DNA from: a virus
IMG/VR virus record: IMGVR_UViG_3300047557_003034
Coordinates: 1 to 64,000 of that record
Length of the DNA: 64,000 nt
Reading direction: 5' to 3' (one strand)
Shown here piece by piece: positions 56,339 to 64,000 of the stretch (the first letter of the stretch is position 1; every line of letters begins with the position of its first letter). Made by a program: the position numbers and the translations under genes. The notes under the pieces are model-generated. The model was given only the letters and a program-made list of their open reading frames with translations. It made no database searches and was not told where the DNA came from.

Positions 56339-56357
56339 ATTATCACAAATAAAAGTT

Positions 56358-56801
56358 ATGACTAGAATAAACATCGGTATCCCAGTTAAGTCTTTAACGG
56401 ATAAACATCTCATTGCAGAGCATAGAGAACTTAAAAGAATCCCTAATGTCGTATCAAAAGGTAGATATAACCTCAAGACTGCTCCAAAAGAGTTTACTCT
56501 TGGTAAAGGACACGTCTCCTTTTTTTACGACAAGCTGGGATATTTGAAAGAACGCTACATAGAACTTTACAACGAATGTCGAGAGCGGGGCTTTAATGTC
56601 CAAAGCTACCTCAACTCCTGGGATGGAGTACCAGACCATCTAATGAACAGCTACACTCCAACTCAAAAAGACATAGAGATAGTGAGTGCAAGAATAGCTG
56701 ATAGGCTAGCTAATCCAATATCAAAACAAAAGAAACAACGTGATGGACTACAGAAAGTTATTCAATCAGATGGAGAGTCAGAAGGAGGAGGATCTACATA
56801 G
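56358..56801 (+). CDS. denV: pyrimidine-dimer DNA glycosylase / endonuclease V
   Basis: Start ATG 56358 gives MTRINI...LTDKHLIAEHRELKRI; FTLGKGHVSFFYDKLGYL as in T4 DenV. Confidence 0.92.
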   Translation: MTRINIGIPVKSLTDKHLIAEHRELKRIPNVVSKGRYNLKTAPKEFTLGKGHVSFFYDKLGYLKERYIELYNECRERGFNVQSYLNSWDGVPDHLMNSYTPTQKDIEIVSARIADRLANPISKQKKQRDGLQKVIQSDGESEGGGST

Positions 56802-57756
56802 AAACAGTAGAGTTCTCATTGTAGATTCGCTCAACACCTTCCTTAGGAGTTTTGCTGCGATACACCACTTGAATCCAAGCGGCAATCACATAGGAGGTTT
56901 AGCAGGCTACCTAAAATCAGTTGGGTCTGTTATTAAGCACATTGAGCCTACACGAGTGGTGCTTGTCTTCGACGGACAAGGTGGATCAACAAACAAACGA
57001 TACCTATATCCTGAATACAAAGCCAACAGACACATAAGCAAGATAACCAATTGGGATATCTTTGACACACAAGAAGAAGAGTCAGAAGCTATCACAGCAC
57101 AGATCATAAGACTCATCGATTACTTAAAATGCTTACCAGTAGATTTAATCTCGATAGATAAGATCGAAGCAGATGATGTAATCGGCTACCTCTCTCAGAG
57201 GTTTCCAGAAAAAGTAGTTATACTTTCAACAGACCAAGACTACCTACAACTCGTATCAGAAAACGTATCAGTATTCTCTCCCGTTAAGAAAACAATTTAC
57301 TACCCTGAAACTGTAATGAAAGAGTATGGTATTCCACCACACAACTTCCTCTTGCATAAGATTGTAGTTGGTGATAAAGGAGACAATGTACCAGGAGTTA
57401 AGGGTATAGCCATTAAGACGCTTCTGAAATTGTTTCCCGACCTCAAAGGGGAGAAACTACAGCTTAACCAATTGTTACAGGAATGTGAAGGTAAGCCGGG
57501 AAAATATGGTGATATTTACAATTACAGACATCAGCTTAGTATAAACAAGCAGCTTATGGATTTGGTTGAGCCAAACATACCTGAGGAAGATGCTGAGAGG
57601 TTGGATGCTGTTATTAATAATCCACGTATTGTATACGATCCTCAAACATTTCTTAAGCTGTGTCAAGAAGACCAGCTAGGTAAGAGTCTAATGAATCCAC
57701 AAGTGTGGTTAAGTGAGACTTTTGCAAAGCTTCAAAACTACGAAATAAGAAACTAA
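56743..57756 (+). CDS. 5'-3' exonuclease / RNase H (FEN family)
   Basis: IVDSLN, VFDG, YPEYKANR, EADDVIG, STDQDYLQL and GDKGDNVPGVKGI motifs. Confidence 0.92.
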   Translation: MDYRKLFNQMESQKEEDLHRNSRVLIVDSLNTFLRSFAAIHHLNPSGNHIGGLAGYLKSVGSVIKHIEPTRVVLVFDGQGGSTNKRYLYPEYKANRHISKITNWDIFDTQEEESEAITAQIIRLIDYLKCLPVDLISIDKIEADDVIGYLSQRFPEKVVILSTDQDYLQLVSENVSVFSPVKKTIYYPETVMKEYGIPPHNFLLHKIVVGDKGDNVPGVKGIAIKTLLKLFPDLKGEKLQLNQLLQECEGKPGKYGDIYNYRHQLSINKQLMDLVEPNIPEEDAERLDAVINNPRIVYDPQTFLKLCQEDQLGKSLMNPQVWLSETFAKLQNYEIRN

Positions 57757-57767
57757 ATATAAGAGTT

Positions 57768-59150
57768 ATGCCAGTCCTCAATCAATTACATTCTTACGGT
57801 GTAGGCTTTCAAATCAAAGTCCTATCCAGTCTACTAACCCATAGAGAGTTTCTACAAGGGATACACGATATCCTAGAAGCTGATTACTTTGATAACCCAG
57901 CACATAAATGGATAGTTGAAGAGATCTTGAAGTACTACTACCGGTATCATGCAACACCTACTCTAGATGCATTGCAAGTCGAAGTCAAGAAAATTGAAAA
58001 CGAAATCCTAAGAATATCAGTAGTAGAGCAGTTAAAGGAATCCTACAAAGCATCTAACGAAGACAGAGAGTACGTTGAACAGGAGTTCAGTAACTTTTGT
58101 AAGAACCAACAGCTCAAAAAAGCACTACTCTCTTCGGTTGATCTTTTAGAGAAAGGACAATACGATGACATACGTTATTTAATAGATTCAGCACTAAAAG
58201 CAGGTCAAGATAAAAACATAGGACATGAGTATGAGAAGGATACTGAAGTAAGATACAGAGAAGAAGAAAGAAGAGCAGTACCAACCTCATGGGATCACTT
58301 AAACGATCTTTTGATGGGTGGTCTTGGTGCAGGAGACTTAGGACTTGTGTTTGGTAATCCAGGAGGAGGTAAGAGTTGGTTCCTAGTAAACATAGGAGCT
58401 AAGGCAGCTTCTTTAGGTTTCAAAGTATGCCACTATACGTTAGAGTTATCTGAATACTACGTCGGTAGAAGATACGACTCAGTATTCACAGGCATAGGTG
58501 TACAAGACCTGCAAAAGCATAGAGCTGAGATTGATGAGATTGTGAGCAAAGTTCCAGGAAAGCTAATCATAAAGGAGTTTGCAATGGGTAAAGCATCCAT
58601 TGCCAATATAGAATCCCACATCCAGAAATGTAAAGATTTAGGACACTCACCAGATCTTATTATAATAGACTACGTTGACTTATTGAAATCTAAACGCAAG
58701 TCAATAGATAGAAAGGATGAGATAGACGATGTCTACACATCAACTAAAGGACTGGCTAGAGAATTAAATGTTCCAATTTGGACAGTATCCCAGGTGAATA
58801 GAGCAGGTGCAAAGGATGATATTATAGAAGGAGATAAAGCAGCAGGTTCTTATAATAAGATGATGATTGCTGACTTTGCAATATCCCTATCAAGAAAGAG
58901 GCAGGACAAAGTAAATGGTACTGGTAGGATACATGTGATGAAAAATAGGTATGGATCTGATGGTATGACCTACGCAGCTAAGATAAATACCAACAACGGT
59001 AACATTGAGATTAGTGCAAATGAAATGGACGAAGATCAATTCACAACAAGTGAAACCAGCATGTCAGGATCTCGATCTGGTTCAGCCACAGGGTTTAGTA
59101 GTCAAGAGAGAAATTATTTGAATCAGAAGTTCTTTGAATTGAGTAAATAG
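57768..59150 (+). CDS. replicative DNA helicase (DnaB/gp41-like)
   Basis: GNPGGGKS, TLELSE, IIIDYVDLL, WTVSQVNR and KNRYG motifs. Confidence 0.93.
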   Translation: MPVLNQLHSYGVGFQIKVLSSLLTHREFLQGIHDILEADYFDNPAHKWIVEEILKYYYRYHATPTLDALQVEVKKIENEILRISVVEQLKESYKASNEDREYVEQEFSNFCKNQQLKKALLSSVDLLEKGQYDDIRYLIDSALKAGQDKNIGHEYEKDTEVRYREEERRAVPTSWDHLNDLLMGGLGAGDLGLVFGNPGGGKSWFLVNIGAKAASLGFKVCHYTLELSEYYVGRRYDSVFTGIGVQDLQKHRAEIDEIVSKVPGKLIIKEFAMGKASIANIESHIQKCKDLGHSPDLIIIDYVDLLKSKRKSIDRKDEIDDVYTSTKGLARELNVPIWTVSQVNRAGAKDDIIEGDKAAGSYNKMMIADFAISLSRKRQDKVNGTGRIHVMKNRYGSDGMTYAAKINTNNGNIEISANEMDEDQFTTSETSMSGSRSGSATGFSSQERNYLNQKFFELSK

Positions 59151-59152
59151 CT

Positions 59153-59161
59153 CTATTTATT
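59153..59161 (+). promoter_or_regulatory. putative late promoter CTATTTATT
   Basis: Motif before the 59180 ORF. Confidence 0.6.
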
Positions 59162-59179
59162 AATACAAATTCCAGGATT

Positions 59180-59389
59180 ATGAGCCTTATTTCGCTATAT
59201 GAAAAGAAAAAGACCGCTTTCGGACCACCCGCAGTTAAAACTACATACGAGCAGTTCGTATTCAATATGGAAAGGTCTGGTCTAAACAACTTAGTGACTC
59301 TTAACGAAGAAGATCCTCTTTTCACACCTCCAAAAGTAACAGACACTTACATCGGAAAGCTGTTCAGAGAGGGTGTACTTCCTGGATAA
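59180..59389 (+). CDS. small hypothetical protein
   Basis: ORF under the late motif. Confidence 0.5.
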   Translation: MSLISLYEKKKTAFGPPAVKTTYEQFVFNMERSGLNNLVTLNEEDPLFTPPKVTDTYIGKLFREGVLPG

Positions 59390-59485
59390 TTACTGATCTT
59401 TACTGCAAAGGTTGCGAACTCTACGCCGGAGAGCTTCTTTTCTGAGTGTTAAACCTATCTCTATAATTTTAAAAACCAACTAAAA

Positions 59486-61543
<2,058 letters not shown>

Positions 61544-61557
61544 TCAAAACATTTAGT

Positions 61558-62019
61558 ATGAAATTCCAATCAAGTAAGGTTTTTGACGGCTTTTCAACTG
61601 TGTTTAGACAGTGGAAGGCTGATGGAACTCATTGTCGTTTTTTGCACGGTTATGATATCGAAATACGAGTTCACTTTGAAGGAGAGCTGGATCATCGGAA
61701 TTGGGTATGGGATTTTGGTGGTATGAAAAGAGCTCAAGGTACTATTGATGGATATAATCCAAAAGAGTGGTTTGACTATATGTTCGATCACACAACTGTC
61801 GTAGCTGAAGATGATCCGTTCATAGAGAAGTTCATTGACATGGATCTCAAAGGAATTATTCAACTTCGCATCATTCCATCAGTGGGAGCAGAGCAGTTTG
61901 CTAAGTTCGTATTTGAGAAAGTTGATGCTTTTGTGAAAGAGGAGACGGACGGAAGAGTTTACATTACCAAAGTAGAAGTAGCAGAGAATCGCAAGAACGC
62001 AGCATCATACACAAAATAA
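61558..62019 (+). CDS. queD: 6-carboxytetrahydropterin synthase
   Basis: HCRFLHGY, WVWDFGGMK, FDHTTVV and GAE motifs. Confidence 0.88.
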   Translation: MKFQSSKVFDGFSTVFRQWKADGTHCRFLHGYDIEIRVHFEGELDHRNWVWDFGGMKRAQGTIDGYNPKEWFDYMFDHTTVVAEDDPFIEKFIDMDLKGIIQLRIIPSVGAEQFAKFVFEKVDAFVKEETDGRVYITKVEVAENRKNAASYTK

Positions 62020-62023
62020 CAAT

Positions 62024-62899
62024 ATGAGTAAAATTGATTCACACAAGTTATTAATCAGTTCCGACTTCTACTCTGTCCAAGGTGAGGGTATTTCATCAGG
62101 AGTACCTTCCTACTTTGTTCGCTTAGGTATTTGCAATCTAACCTGCGGTATGAGTAGGCAGTTTGCAAATCAACTAGCCAAAGAACAAACATTAGAGGAT
62201 GGAGAGATATTTGAAGGTGATTTAGTCAAAGAAGGTAAAGCAACTTGGACTTGTGATTCTACGAGTCAGTGGTTGTGGAGAGGTGAAGATAAAGAGTTCC
62301 AGTATTTAATAGACAGGTGGAAAGAGCAAGACATCTACGATGACGTTAAGAATGGTACTATCCACATCATCTGGACTGGTGGTGAACCTACGATCAAAGG
62401 TCATCAAGAAGCAATTGTTAATTTCTTTAGATACTGGAAATCAATAGACCCCTCTGTTAAGAAAGTTGAATCGGGAGGTTTAATTCACACAGATGCTGTT
62501 ACTGCTTTTAGTGAGATAGAAACAAACGGAACTGTAGAAATTACCGATTTACTCAGAGTTTACATAGACCAGATCAACTGCTCTCCCAAGCTATCTAACT
62601 CAGGTATGACTGAAAAACAGCGTATCAATCCAGAAGCTATCAAGACAATAATGAACAGCAATAGAACTTATCAATTCAAATTCGTTATATCAAACGAAGA
62701 AGATGTTCAAGAATTGTTCCGTGACTTTGTTGTACCATTCAACATACCTCTTGCCAACGTGGTTTGTATGCCGGGACTAGACGATGTAGCTAATTTTGAA
62801 GAGCGTACACAATTTGTACTTGAAATGGCTAAGAAGTATAAGTTCAGAGGATTAACTCGTTTGCACATTGCAGCTTGGAATAAAACACTAAACGTATAG
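62024..62899 (+). CDS. queE: 7-carboxy-7-deazaguanine synthase (radical SAM)
   Basis: FYSVQGEG...FVRL..CNLTC...CDS, TGGEP, IETNGT, SPKL, KFV and RLHI motifs. Confidence 0.9.
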   Translation: MSKIDSHKLLISSDFYSVQGEGISSGVPSYFVRLGICNLTCGMSRQFANQLAKEQTLEDGEIFEGDLVKEGKATWTCDSTSQWLWRGEDKEFQYLIDRWKEQDIYDDVKNGTIHIIWTGGEPTIKGHQEAIVNFFRYWKSIDPSVKKVESGGLIHTDAVTAFSEIETNGTVEITDLLRVYIDQINCSPKLSNSGMTEKQRINPEAIKTIMNSNRTYQFKFVISNEEDVQELFRDFVVPFNIPLANVVCMPGLDDVANFEERTQFVLEMAKKYKFRGLTRLHIAAWNKTLNV

Positions 62900-62900
62900 T

Positions 62901-63008
62901 ATGGGAATAGCCATCTTTATATCATTAGTATGTTTAACTATTGCTACTGCGTACGGTGTTGTAGATGTACTTAGACAGACAAATAGAATAAAGAAAAATG
63001 AAAAATAA
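62901..63008 (+). CDS. 35-aa putative membrane peptide
   Basis: MGIAIFISLVCLTIATAYGVVDVLRQTNRIKKNEK; fills the gap after queE. Confidence 0.45.
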   Translation: MGIAIFISLVCLTIATAYGVVDVLRQTNRIKKNEK

Positions 63009-63672
63009 TATTCTAATTATAAACGCATCTATTAGAGGACAGCAAGGTAATTCTTATGCAATTGCATTATTCACAAAAAGTTACATTGAAAAAAAACAAA
63101 GTGCTAATGTAGAAATATACGACCTCACACATCCTAAAAATACAATTCAGGAAGTGTATGCACTGTTGGAACACGCAGATGCATTTGTAGTCATATCAGG
63201 CACATATTGGAACAATTTAGGTTCAACTCTTCAAAGATTTATTGAAGTCTGCACTCCTTTTGAAAACACAAATGCTTTTTTCGGAAAACCAGTTTCAACA
63301 ATTATTTCAATGGATTCCGTTGGAGGCATTGATGTTGCCAATAAAATAATAAGTTCTTTTTCAGGATTAGGCTGTTGGACACCACCGTGTTCAACAATTA
63401 TCTTATCAAGATTAGGTGAAGAATCTGTAAAACGGACACAAGACTTGGAGGATGACCCCAATGAAGATGTATGGAGATTGGAGGACATTGAAATTCTTAT
63501 AGACAATTTAATTTTAGCAAGTCAAATAGAAAAAAATAAATGGAGAGTATGGCCCAATATTCAACTTCAAATAGAAGACAGGCAGTGGCCATCAAGCGGA
63601 GATTTGAATATGAACAATCCAATATTTATTAAACAAAATTTTCTAAAAACCACATTTAACTACCAAATATGA
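62998..63672 (+). CDS. flavodoxin-like NAD(P)H-dependent FMN reductase
   Basis: ILIINASIRG..GNS, ADAFV..SGTYW and FFGKP motifs. Confidence 0.72.
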   Translation: MKNNILIINASIRGQQGNSYAIALFTKSYIEKKQSANVEIYDLTHPKNTIQEVYALLEHADAFVVISGTYWNNLGSTLQRFIEVCTPFENTNAFFGKPVSTIISMDSVGGIDVANKIISSFSGLGCWTPPCSTIILSRLGEESVKRTQDLEDDPNEDVWRLEDIEILIDNLILASQIEKNKWRVWPNIQLQIEDRQWPSSGDLNMNNPIFIKQNFLKTTFNYQI

Positions 63673-63845
63673 GAAACCTAATCCTAATCTTTCTTGGAAC
63701 TGTGCTTTTATACGAGTTCATAGCATTCCCTATGATAACATCTAGAAGCACTCTGCTTAATGTATTAGGAGTAGCTATCTTTGTATCCAATACTGTACTC
63801 ATTATAGAGTACATAAGAATCAAGTTTTTGAACCGTAAAAATTGA
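63669..63845 (+). CDS. small membrane protein
   Basis: 58 aa, two hydrophobic segments, ATGA overlap with the previous gene. Confidence 0.5.
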   Translation: MRNLILIFLGTVLLYEFIAFPMITSRSTLLNVLGVAIFVSNTVLIIEYIRIKFLNRKN

Positions 63846-63849
63846 CGTT

Positions 63850-64000
63850 ATGCCTAATTTTGATCAAGACATCGAACCTTCCGATTATGTAGAATCTTGT
63901 AGTCGTTATGAGATTGATGAGTTACTAGATGCACTAGAGATTGGTGGATACATTTCTAAGAATTTGAGACGGACTAAAGAAGATCCTGGTAGATCTGTTG
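63850..64000 (+). CDS. hypothetical protein, 3'-truncated
   Basis: ATG 63850, frame open to the window end. Confidence 0.5.
   Translation, partial: MPNFDQDIEPSDYVESCSRYEIDELLDALEIGGYISKNLRRTKEDPGRSV

Noticed and set aside
56289-56357. Upstream start for denV
   Set aside because: DenV needs the N-terminal Thr2 (MTRIN); ATG 56358 fits and avoids overlap with the recombinase.

Overview
This 64-kb window is part of a large, AT-rich, T4-like (contractile-tailed) bacteriophage genome, and every credible gene is on the + strand. Family assignments come from motif recognition, not database searches. Gene order: internal-head/prohead module (gp21-like protease, scaffold, gp23-like major capsid), PhoH, and neck/tail-terminator genes. 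About 22 kb of fibre genes follow, including two giant Gly/Cys-rich repeat fibres with S74-type chaperones and several LamG-like proteins. Next come a sugar-nucleotide/sulfation gene island, sheath, tube, tail chaperone, tape measure and baseplate genes, and then a replication block (compact family-A polymerase, gp32-like SSB, UvsX/RecA, DenV, 5'-3' exonuclease, DnaB-type helicase), class II RNR and queD/queE. Promoter shapes and the absence of Shine-Dalgarno motifs suggest a Bacteroidota host (inference). Best leads: (1) a probable virion-decoration system, combining ADP-heptose enzymes, a GT9-like transferase and PAPS/sulfotransferase genes with an [S/T]-[G/A]-S tripeptide concentrated in predicted outer segments of virion proteins; (2) an R-x-Q-x-L-A-G peptide shared by the scaffold C-terminus and the N-termini of three small proteins, a candidate capsid-loading tag; (3) a probable +1/-2 programmed frameshift in the tail chaperone; (4) a CTATTTAT late-promoter motif; (5) a terminator-promoter direct repeat bracketing an inserted gene.
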